A DNA stretch of 64,000 nucleotides from an uncultured Nitrososphaerales archaeon (GTDB lineage Archaea > Thermoproteota > Nitrososphaeria > Nitrososphaerales > Nitrososphaeraceae): assembly GCA_963695855.1 (NCBI GenBank), contig CAVOHZ010000008.1:448001-512000 (forward strand), in the 5' to 3' direction. The notes beneath the pieces were generated by a model. It was not told where the DNA came from, did not search any database, and saw nothing but the letters and a program-made list of their open reading frames with translations. This document shows, piece by piece, positions 41,090-49,944 of this stretch (position 1 is its first letter; the number at the start of each line of letters is the position of its first letter). The translations under genes and the position numbers were made by a program.

Positions 41090-42529
41090 TCCATGAAAAT
41101 ATACCTGTATGCTGATTATCTTTTCTATCCTGTTTAGCCTCATTTTGTTATATCTTTCTATCTATCAAACATTGTCGACAATAGCCTCCGCTATATGTGG
41201 CATCGTTGTTCTCTCAAGTCATCGTATTGTTATTGTCTAACGAATTATCTTTATTGAGATCCAATCTTCTTCAGATTTTCCAGTTTCTGTTCATATCTAC
41301 TCCTGTTTATGTTTCTATATAATTGGTGTCTTGTTAGCATGTACCATATTATAACAAGCATCTCCTTTGCTGTTGCAACTATTGCTTTGCCGTGTCCTTT
41401 TCTTTGTTTTATTCTTTCATAGAATATTCTCATGTGATGGTCATGTCTTATTGCAGATAATGAACACTGTACTAGCATTCATCTCAGCAAAGGAGAACCT
41501 TGTTTTGTTATTCTACCTGTTTTTATTTTTCCGGATGATTCTCTTGTTGATGGTGATAATCCTGCATAACGAACAAGTTTACATGGTGTAGAGAATCTAT
41601 TGATATCCCTATTTCTGTTGATATCAGCATGGCAGAAAAAATGTCTATTCCTGTTATACTGACAAGTATCTTTATATCTTGACTGTCTTGCCAGGCATAT
41701 GTTGCTATCTCTTTTAATACTATTTCTATCTGGTTATCTATTGATTCTATTGATTCTATTGATGCTAGTGTTGTATTCAGTATTATTTTGTCTATCGGTG
41801 AAACTGAGAGTGATTTTAGCCAGTTAACTCCAGATTTTCCAAATATGTCTGTCAGTTCTGTTCTGTATTCATACTTGTCCAAAATAGCATGAATCTTGTT
41901 TGCTAATTTTGTTTATGTTCTAGACAAGACTATTCTATGTCTGACCAGACTCCTTTTTTCCCTAAATTCCTTTACAGGTACATATTACTCGCATACCAAT
42001 CAATCCAGTTCTCAGCAGATCAGATAATATACGTGCATCAAGTTTATCTGATTTTATCTTTGCTTGTGCTATTATCTTTGTCTTGTATGGATTTGCTAGT
42101 ACTGTATCTATTCCATTATCTTCTAACGTATCATGTATTCTCATCCACATGTTTCCTGTAGATTCCAGTACTGCATTACATTTTTTTGTTCTATGATTAT
42201 GTATCCTTTTAATCAATTCTAATATTCCCTGATAACCGTTACCAAAGAAGAATTCATTCAGTATCCTTCCCCTATCATCTTTTAGAGCTGCCATGCACTT
42301 TCTCTTTCCAACATCTATTCCAAGATGATTCAATTTTTTTCATTCACGATTTTTTTTATTTGTTGGCTAACAACAGGCGGCAAACATCCATACACTCTCT
42401 AAGAGTACTATGATAGCCACTTTAGATAAATAAGGTTCAGTCAGAGCCTCACTCTCCTCCGCAGTATGTTAAGTTTGAACCTAGCCAACATACAACAATG
42501 GTATAACCCAGAAGATTTTCATATCGTCA
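41090..42529 (-). mobile_element. IS110 family element with frameshifted DEDD recombinase (fragments 41251-42333)
   Basis: LGIDVGK, LESTG, KSDKLDA and C-terminal KAIVATAKEML motifs; CA core at 41088-41089 and 42528-42529; sub-terminal IR atgaaaat (41093-41100) / attttcat (42515-42522). Confidence 0.9.
42361..42490 (-). ncRNA. Putative IS110 bridge/seek RNA (target-binding and donor-binding loops)
   Basis: Outer stem tgttggcta/tagccaaca; stem aggttca/tgaacct enclosing CAGAGCCT and TGTTAAGTT (both target halves); stem gcggc/gccac enclosing CATCCAT (one donor half) and hairpin actct-cta-agagt. Confidence 0.75.
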
Positions 42530-42779
42530 GAGCCTAGGAAAGAGTAAGAATACTTATATTAATTGGTATAAAAGTAATAATCGGCACGATAATAAATGAT
42601 TTAACATTTCTATTTGGAAGGGGACATCTAACACGTTTTTTAGTGAACCAAAATTAAAGATTTATTTTAATTCTGAAACCGATATAATTTCAAAAGAAGA
42701 TAAAAAATGTAGTTTACAGTTTGATAGTAAAACTACTGATAGTAATGGAAAATAAAATAATTAAAATCTATGTCTAGAT

Positions 42780-42983
42780 TTGATTCCTGATGGTTTTATT
42801 TCATTTTTTATTTTTTGGATTATGGCAATACTACTTTTCTCTATCAAATCAATTTCAAAAAAAGAAGATAAAATTAAGTGTATAAAAAATACAAAATGTA
42901 ATTTTTGTAGTAGCAAGATGGATGTTAAATTACATTGTAACAATGCTGATTGTAGGGCTTTTTCTCATAAACCTCCTTCTTAA
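42780..42983 (+). CDS. Small membrane-anchored Cys-rich (possible Zn-ribbon) protein
   Basis: N-terminal TM helix followed by CNFC-x9-CNNADC. Confidence 0.4.
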   Translation: MIPDGFISFFIFWIMAILLFSIKSISKKEDKIKCIKNTKCNFCSSKMDVKLHCNNADCRAFSHKPPS

Positions 42984-43083
42984 CTTATCCGACGACTTTT
43001 GACAGCGTTAGAAAACTGATTAAGAGTTTACAGAAGTAAGTATAATATGCTTTATATTTTAGTATGTCGACAGTACTTAGTAT

Positions 43084-44601
43084 ATGCAATTAGCTCAAAC
43101 AGATTTAGATCTAAGCAAGAAATGCATGGAGATAGTGAATGAAATAGAACAATCGAATATAAAATGGGTTCGATTGAATTTTTGCGATCCTTTTGGTTTT
43201 TTACAACAAATAAGTGTCCAAAGTGAAGAGATAACAGAAGATGCGTTTAAAAACGGTATTCCTAGGCTAGATGGAAGTTCGATAAGAGGGTTCAGAGAGA
43301 TTCAGGAATCTGATATGCTGCTAAAGCCAGATCCAACTACTTTTGCTGTTTTACCAAATTATTTTGATAAAGATCATCACAATTATAATAACACTTACAG
43401 ATCAACAGCTGCCCGTATGTTTGTGGATATATATGAGGGCTTTAAGGGTACCCGTTACACTCGAGATCCTAGATTTATTGCACAGAAAGCTGCTCAAGTT
43501 GCAAAGGATAAAGGTTTTGAAAACAGCTATTGGGGTCCAGAATTGGAATTTTTTGTATTCAACAATATAAGACTGTTGCCAAATGCCATGTCAGCAGTTA
43601 ATTGCTCAGGAGGTACTGGATATTCTATTGAATCTACTGAGGCTCCGTGGGGGAATGGTAATGAAGGTGCAGCAGGATACACAATTCCTTTCAGAAGTGG
43701 GTATTTTCCAGCGCCACCTGCAGATAGTTTGACGGACTTTAGGGATGAAGTATCCGACATGCTACGCCAATATTTTGGAATCACGGTTGAAGCCCATCAT
43801 CATGAGGTAGCTACGGCGGGACAATGTGAAATACAAATGTCGTTTGCTAGTCTTGTTTCTATGGCTGATCAGGTAGTCACATACAAGAAAACAGTAAAGG
43901 AAACTGCTGCAAAACGTGGAATGGTAGCAAATTTTATGCCAAAACCGGTTGCACTAGATAACGGATCTGGAATGCATGTTAGCCAGAGTCTGTGGGGAAA
44001 GAAAAAAAATGATGAAGTAAATTTGTTTTATGATCCTGCTGATGAATATGCAGAGTTGAGTCAAACTGCATTTTACTATATAGGAGGGCTGATAGAACAT
44101 GCTGAGGCACTATGTGCCATTACTAATCCGACAACGAATTCTTATAGAAGGTTAGTGCCAGGATTCGAGGCTCCAATAAATGTTGCATGGAGCAAGATGA
44201 ACAGGTCAGCAAGTATAAGGATTCCTGCTCACTTTAGAAAAATGGAAAAAAGAAAGAGGATAGAGTTAAGAACACCAGATCCTAGTTCCAATATCTATCT
44301 TGTTGAGGCTGCATTGTTACTTGCAGGTCTGGATGGAATCAACAAAAAATCTTCAGTTCCAGAACCAGTAGATGCAGATATCTACAAGCTATCCGAAGAG
44401 AAAAAAACAGAATATGGAATTAAAAAATTGCCAACATCTTTGCAGGATGCCATAGAATCGTTAGAGAGTGATATGGAATTTCTAAAGCCGGCATTTACAA
44501 GTGATTTTCTAGAAATGTATTGTGATATTAAAAAAGATGAACATGTACAAGTTGCATCGATTCCATCGCCAAGAGAATTCTATATGTATGGTAACGTCTG
44601 A
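43084..44601 (+). CDS. glnA: Glutamine synthetase type I
   Basis: DGSSIRGF, GPELEFF, HHHEVATAGQCEI, FMPKP...NGSGMH, NSYRRLVPGFEAP, NRSASIRIP and RIELR.PDP motifs; TATA-like tttatat about 27-33 bp upstream. Confidence 0.95.
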   Translation: MQLAQTDLDLSKKCMEIVNEIEQSNIKWVRLNFCDPFGFLQQISVQSEEITEDAFKNGIPRLDGSSIRGFREIQESDMLLKPDPTTFAVLPNYFDKDHHNYNNTYRSTAARMFVDIYEGFKGTRYTRDPRFIAQKAAQVAKDKGFENSYWGPELEFFVFNNIRLLPNAMSAVNCSGGTGYSIESTEAPWGNGNEGAAGYTIPFRSGYFPAPPADSLTDFRDEVSDMLRQYFGITVEAHHHEVATAGQCEIQMSFASLVSMADQVVTYKKTVKETAAKRGMVANFMPKPVALDNGSGMHVSQSLWGKKKNDEVNLFYDPADEYAELSQTAFYYIGGLIEHAEALCAITNPTTNSYRRLVPGFEAPINVAWSKMNRSASIRIPAHFRKMEKRKRIELRTPDPSSNIYLVEAALLLAGLDGINKKSSVPEPVDADIYKLSEEKKTEYGIKKLPTSLQDAIESLESDMEFLKPAFTSDFLEMYCDIKKDEHVQVASIPSPREFYMYGNV

Positions 44602-44644
44602 TGGTCAGTTGCTATTATATTTCATTTAGAGTTGGATAATTATC

Positions 44645-46144
44645 ATGCCATATTCAAAAGATGTTCTAGATTTAAAAAGACATATTTTAAAAGCAGCTGA
44701 ATCATCCTCTGGCTATTTTGATCTAAATAGACTTATCGTTGACGTAAGAAAAGTAGATAATTCAGAAATTCCATATTCTGGCCTAGGAGCTCGTCCTCCG
44801 AACGATTATTTTCATTCTATCAAGATAATTGGGGCAGAGATAAGACCCGAAGAAGATGATGTCAGATACAATGACATCGATACTACCTTCACATTGGGAG
44901 GAAGATATTCTAGCAATGTTATAACTACTAATGTGCCATTTTTTGTTTCTGGGATGAGCTATGGCTCATTAAAACTTCCTGCTAAAATAGCACTGCATCT
45001 TGCGTTAAACAGGCTTGCTAAAGAAGGGATAAACATGATAATGAATACTGGAGAGGGTGGAGCGTTACCGTGGGAACTGTACGGCTCGGAAGAATCTTGG
45101 TCAAACGTTTCCAAAAAAAGACGTGAGATTATCCTAGACTATGCTGAACGATTATTGAAAGAGCACAATCTAGAGTCAATAGACAGGGATCTCCTTTTTT
45201 CTCGTTTCTATCCATTGGTTACTCAGTATGCTTCGGGAAGATTCTGGAAAGATCCTAGTTATCTATTGAGCGCTGACGCCATAGAAATAAAGATTGGTCA
45301 GGGTGCAAAGATAGGTCATGGTGGATTATTACCGGGTCCAAAGGTAACAGATCTGGTTGCAGAGAATAGGGGAATTCCACCTTACAAGGCAGCACATTCA
45401 CCATCAAGACACCTTGATATTTTGGGACCTGAAGACTTGGTGGCAAAGGTTCTGGAGCTGCGAGAAATTACGGATTGGCGGACTCCTATAATTGTAAAGG
45501 TTGGATGTTCTCGCGTATATGATGATATTGAAATCATTCTCAAATCATATGCAGATGCAGCTTCCATTGATGGTTTTGTAGGCGGAACTGGTGCCGCTCC
45601 GTGGGAACTACGAGATACCGTTGGAATAAATATAATACCATCTCTTATTCCTTCGAGAGAAGCGATTGAAGATTATTATTTACCTGATGAAAGGGATGAA
45701 TTTAGATTACTCGTTCATGGTGGTGTATGGGATTCAGAAAGAATTGCTAAATGTATTGCATTAGGTGCTGATGGTGTAGGTATAGGAACAGGTTTTATGC
45801 TTGCAATGGGATGTACTCTTGTGCAAGATTGTTATACAAATTCATGCCCAGCAGGCATAACGGGATCATATGAAAAATTGGACATAGAGACAAGTGTAAC
45901 TGGAATAGTAAATTATGTTAAAGGAACATTATTTGAACTAAAGAATATTGCTGGTTCGCTAGGAAGAAAAAGTATTCATGATCTTAGGAAAGAGGACCTT
46001 GTTGGAACAGACGAGTTGTCCAGCATGATTAGCGGATTGCCATTAGCGGGCGGCGAAACTTTTAAAGATTTGGTAAAGGCAAGGGTAAAAACTGTTATTG
46101 ATAGTAGAAGGAAGGAAGGAGAGAGAGTAATTGAGAGGTTTTGA
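44645..46144 (+). CDS. Glutamate synthase FMN-binding subunit (GltB domain 2 / GlxD-like)
   Basis: GMSYGSL, NTGEGG, QYASGRF, EIKIGQGAK.GHGG.LPG.KV, GGTGAAP and CTLVQDCYTNSCPAGI [3Fe-4S] motif. Confidence 0.9.
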   Translation: MPYSKDVLDLKRHILKAAESSSGYFDLNRLIVDVRKVDNSEIPYSGLGARPPNDYFHSIKIIGAEIRPEEDDVRYNDIDTTFTLGGRYSSNVITTNVPFFVSGMSYGSLKLPAKIALHLALNRLAKEGINMIMNTGEGGALPWELYGSEESWSNVSKKRREIILDYAERLLKEHNLESIDRDLLFSRFYPLVTQYASGRFWKDPSYLLSADAIEIKIGQGAKIGHGGLLPGPKVTDLVAENRGIPPYKAAHSPSRHLDILGPEDLVAKVLELREITDWRTPIIVKVGCSRVYDDIEIILKSYADAASIDGFVGGTGAAPWELRDTVGINIIPSLIPSREAIEDYYLPDERDEFRLLVHGGVWDSERIAKCIALGADGVGIGTGFMLAMGCTLVQDCYTNSCPAGITGSYEKLDIETSVTGIVNYVKGTLFELKNIAGSLGRKSIHDLRKEDLVGTDELSSMISGLPLAGGETFKDLVKARVKTVIDSRRKEGERVIERF

Positions 46145-46176
46145 AGACTACGGTGAATGTTGGATGATAAGTCGTC

Positions 46177-47364
46177 TTGAATGATGCAGATAAATTTATC
46201 ATTAGAAAAGCTGTGTTGCAGCTTGCAAAGACAGGTAAACCACGTTCTACTTCGATAGATGATGATATAAGAAAACTTCATGATGTCAATTCCAAGGGAA
46301 CAAATCTATGGAATTATGTGACAGCATTAGGAGCACAACTTTCAAGACCGCCATATGATCCTTACAGAGAAACTGTAAACCTAGACATATCTATAGGAAG
46401 AGGCAAGTCTAGAAAAGTTGTTTTGAACATACCTTTGATAATTTATGGAAACATTACTATGGATTCTCATTCCCTCGAATCTGTACATCTTGCCTTAAAC
46501 CGGCTAGCTGAAGAAGGAAATGTATTGGGGTTAATTTTAGAAACAGAAATAAATACAGAGCAAGATAAAAGAAAATATCCCTTATTCAAAAAAATATCGT
46601 TCTATCCAGAATCTTCTTTGCAAGATAGTTTAGAGGATTATAAACAAATCTCCTCTGCAGAAGGACTGGTGTTAGAATATAAAGATGAATCTTCTTTGAA
46701 CATACTCCAGAGTCTACGAGAGGAATTTGACGGTCCTATATTGGTAGATGTCAGTGATGTTTTTCCATTGTCTTTTAATTCAATATTGGATTCAAAAGCG
46801 GATGGAATTATAGTGGATACAGAAAAGGTAACGAAAAATATTGAAAGATACAAGGGAAAACATGCAATAGCAGTAATTTGTGATGCAAGGAATGCTATAA
46901 ATCATTATTATAAAGGGAAAGAGGAAAGTGGTGATAATGCAATATTAGTGATTGCAGGTGATGTAAACAGTGTCGGCAAGATCGTGAAGGCAGCAGCACT
47001 TGGTGCAGATGTTGTAGGATATTCTACAAGCATGTTGATAGCAAATTCTCACATTTACTCGGAAAAGCCTTTGGACGTAATATCGACTGCAGAAAATGTT
47101 TACCGTCATATGATAGGAACAAAGGGAGAAATTAGGGGAATCCCTGCTGCCTTGGGATATAGTGATTTTCATAATCTATCTCCATCCGATTTGCGTACAT
47201 CCAGTATAGATGCAAGTTTGCAAGGAAATATACTGCTTGAGGGAATCGACAGAACTTATATGGAGATTATAGAGGAAATAGTTAATGAGTATGTTAGTGA
47301 GAACGGAATACACATGAATTCGTCAGAAACTCAAGAGGTTATAAAGTCGATGGTAGGAGAATAA
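46177..47364 (+). CDS. Divergent glutamate synthase FMN-barrel paralog lacking the Fe-S cysteines
   Basis: AQLSRPP.D, LNIPLII, IVKAAALGADVVG and ALGYSDFHNLSPSDL are retained; GEGG, GQGAK and the Cys triad are absent. Confidence 0.7.
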   Translation: MNDADKFIIRKAVLQLAKTGKPRSTSIDDDIRKLHDVNSKGTNLWNYVTALGAQLSRPPYDPYRETVNLDISIGRGKSRKVVLNIPLIIYGNITMDSHSLESVHLALNRLAEEGNVLGLILETEINTEQDKRKYPLFKKISFYPESSLQDSLEDYKQISSAEGLVLEYKDESSLNILQSLREEFDGPILVDVSDVFPLSFNSILDSKADGIIVDTEKVTKNIERYKGKHAIAVICDARNAINHYYKGKEESGDNAILVIAGDVNSVGKIVKAAALGADVVGYSTSMLIANSHIYSEKPLDVISTAENVYRHMIGTKGEIRGIPAALGYSDFHNLSPSDLRTSSIDASLQGNILLEGIDRTYMEIIEEIVNEYVSENGIHMNSSETQEVIKSMVGE

Positions 47365-47367
47365 AAT

Positions 47368-48276
47368 ATGTGTGGAATATGTGCCATTATGTTGGAAAAT
47401 TGCAAAAAGGATTTTCCTATTGGTTCTCTACTATATAAAATGATGGAGAGCCAGCAGATAAGAGCTCAGGATAGTACAGGTGTGGCCATCTTCAATAAAG
47501 AAACAAACAAAGAGTTTTACAGAATAGATTACTATAGAAAAATTACAGGGACAAAATTACCTGTGAGACATAATGACAGTATATGCAATATCTTTACACA
47601 AAAAGTACCTAGCGAGAGATTAGCTGAAACTTTGTATGAAATAAATCAAGATCCCAAAGCCGTAATAGCAAGTTTTGCAAAAGAAATGATCCTTATAAAA
47701 GATTTAGGACTTGTAAGGGACCTTGATGCAAAATATAACATCAAGTCAATTCAGGGAACACATGGGATAGGTCACTTGAGGATAGCCACAAGCAGTAGAG
47801 TCACTCCAGACCATTCACATCCATTCAGTACTACAGCGATTCCAGATATTGCTGTGGTACATAATGGCGAAATAACAAACTATTCCAAGTTAAGGTCTTC
47901 ACTTGAGCTTAAAGGATATCGTTTCTTTACTAGATGTGACTCAGAGGTCATTGCTGTATTCATTGCAGATCAAATTTTGAGACATGGCGATATAGAAAAG
48001 GCAAATTATGAATTTATAAATAAAGCAGATGGCCCTTTTACATATATAGTTGCTACACCCGACTCTCTCGCCTTGGTTAGAGACAAATTTGGAGCAAGAA
48101 AAGCTATTTTCGGATATAATCCAGGCAGTAAAGACTATCCATCTTTCTGGGCGATAGCTACTGATTTATCTGCTTTGGATTCTGTGGGAGCAACATATTA
48201 CGTAGAAACTCCGCAACCTGGAAAACCAAAAATATTTTACAACCAGATGAAAATCAGACAATCTATTGCTAATTAA
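47368..48276 (+). CDS. Class II glutamine amidotransferase (GltB domain 1 / GlxB-like)
   Basis: N-terminal MCGI, DSTG.A, GIGHLR.AT, HPF, VVHNGEITNY and CDSEV motifs. Confidence 0.9.
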   Translation: MCGICAIMLENCKKDFPIGSLLYKMMESQQIRAQDSTGVAIFNKETNKEFYRIDYYRKITGTKLPVRHNDSICNIFTQKVPSERLAETLYEINQDPKAVIASFAKEMILIKDLGLVRDLDAKYNIKSIQGTHGIGHLRIATSSRVTPDHSHPFSTTAIPDIAVVHNGEITNYSKLRSSLELKGYRFFTRCDSEVIAVFIADQILRHGDIEKANYEFINKADGPFTYIVATPDSLALVRDKFGARKAIFGYNPGSKDYPSFWAIATDLSALDSVGATYYVETPQPGKPKIFYNQMKIRQSIAN

Positions 48277-48769
48277 ATAATCAATCAATCAATAAAATAA
48301 TTTATTTTTGAAATTTTTAATTATATGAAATTTTTAATTAAATTATTAATAAACTACTACTTGTCTTGTGCTCTTTTAAAATCTGTCCGTTTTGATTTAT
48401 TTAATTATCTGTTTTGATTTATTTATTATGGTGAATAAAAAATATATATCATATCAATTTTCTACACTTTTTAAAAATGTGTGCATATACGACTTTATCA
48501 ATTTGTGTTAATAGAATAAAAGATATATCAGTAAGTAACCTTGCTAAATATTCGAGATAAAATAAATTGTATATTCTAGATATTGATGAAATAAGATCCA
48601 TTGCGGACTCTAAGGTCCAAGACATCAAATCCAGATGAACAATTTAAACGACTCAATTTTATGTTATATGAAAAATATAGAATAGATCTCCCTAAAGGGC
48701 TAAAGAAGGCGTCTTTAGAAAAGTTTAAGGATCTTATAAGTTCGCCATTGGTATACGAAAGAGCAGTAG

Positions 48770-49327
48770 TATCAGATCATCAGGATTGTCCAATTCAAAA
48801 AAACTGGTATTCTCTTCTGACCTGTCTTCTCTCAGCGTCAACAAGTTGATGTCTTGTCAATATGTTGTAGGCTATAGTCTTGCTAATGTATTGCTCTTCT
48901 CCTCTACCTTCTACATTCAGACTCTCGTTTACAATATTTACCAGCTGTTCTGAACCAAAACCGGTAGCATTTCTTACCTCAAGTATCATTTTCTCTATAT
49001 ATATCGTTAGGAGTTGTTTGGACTGTTATGTGGTCTTTTTGATCTGAAGCTCAGGTGTGTAATACCTTCTTCTCTGAACCTTTTTACCACTTGCTGCAGC
49101 TGACGTTTCTCCTGCTAATCATGTCTGGGGCTTCTTGTCTTGTTATCGTGATCAGGTCACTAACGAGTGTTCTGACTCCTGCATGACAACGCTTTCTAAC
49201 TATTTCTGACTCTTTCTTTAATATGTTGATATGCCATTTCTCTAGATACACCTCTCGTTGTACAATGATCATTGATTTTCACTTTGTTTATTGTCAAGGA
49301 GGGGTCACGCATGTCTCTTAGCTTACA
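48770..49327 (-). mobile_element. IS481-like transposase remnant (5' part with one terminal IR)
   Basis: Minus-strand TGT-start end (tgtaagctaagagacatgcgtgacccc); fragments RSKRPHNSPN, ILEVRNATGFG and AYNILTRH; truncated at the start of the integrase core. Confidence 0.6.
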
Positions 49328-49361
49328 ACTATATCTAGTGATTATCGTAGAAAAATACCTA

Positions 49362-49715
49362 TTAATTATCTTTTTTCATTCGTTCATTAATTACCAAACG
49401 AAGTTCTTCGTCAGTTTTGTCCGCGAATTCAATATTCAATGATTTGGCTATCCTTTCCAATTTTTCTCTTTCAGAAGAGACTGGGCCTTCAATAATTTTA
49501 CCGATTGTAAAATTCTTAGAGTTATCTAGCTTAATCTTCTGTGAATCAACGTTTGAAAATTCCCTAATCTCTTTCGATAACGTTTCTCTAGTTCTATTAT
49601 ATTCGCCTATTGCCTTGCCCATCTGTCTAGATATTTCTGGTAATTTTTTGGAACCGAAGATCAAAAAAATGCTGATCAAAATAATAATAATCCATTCTGA
49701 TCCCCCAATAGCCAT
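49362..49715 (-). CDS. tatA: Twin-arginine translocase TatA/TatE subunit
   Basis: GGSEWIIIILI..LIFG.KKLPE..R..GKA.GEY motif. Confidence 0.9.
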   Translation of the reverse strand: MAIGGSEWIIIILISIFLIFGSKKLPEISRQMGKAIGEYNRTRETLSKEIREFSNVDSQKIKLDNSKNFTIGKIIEGPVSSEREKLERIAKSLNIEFADKTDEELRLVINERMKKDN

Positions 49716-49944
49716 ATATTTAAATTATATTCGTTAATTACCTAAAAATACCTTTATTTCGTTCGTCTTGTATTTATGTACGTAAAAAATGTATAATTAA
49801 TAATATTTCTTATTGTCTAATTCTTTTTTTAATAAAAAAATTAAAATTTATTATAATTATTTAAAATTTATTTAGAAATATTAGTCAAAGCACTTATATT
49901 CGTGCCTGTCAACCTTATTTTTACTTTATAATAAACATGAGGTT

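Larger units (their letters stand above)
40448..42534 (-). mobile_element. IS6 family element remnant (transposase fragments 40556-41040), with one IR split by the IS110 insertion
   Basis: IR ggtgctgttaagtt at 40448-40461; partner IR reconstituted as aacttaa-ca-gagcc from 41081-41089 plus 42530-42534; fragments YSLYLYFLGLSFR...SVWNWIQRF and LGIYISEERNM...KYGKH. Confidence 0.8.

Noticed and set aside
48601-48849. 82-aa plus-strand ORF
   Set aside because: The 3' part runs antisense into the IS481 remnant and no family is recognisable; at most a truncated fragment
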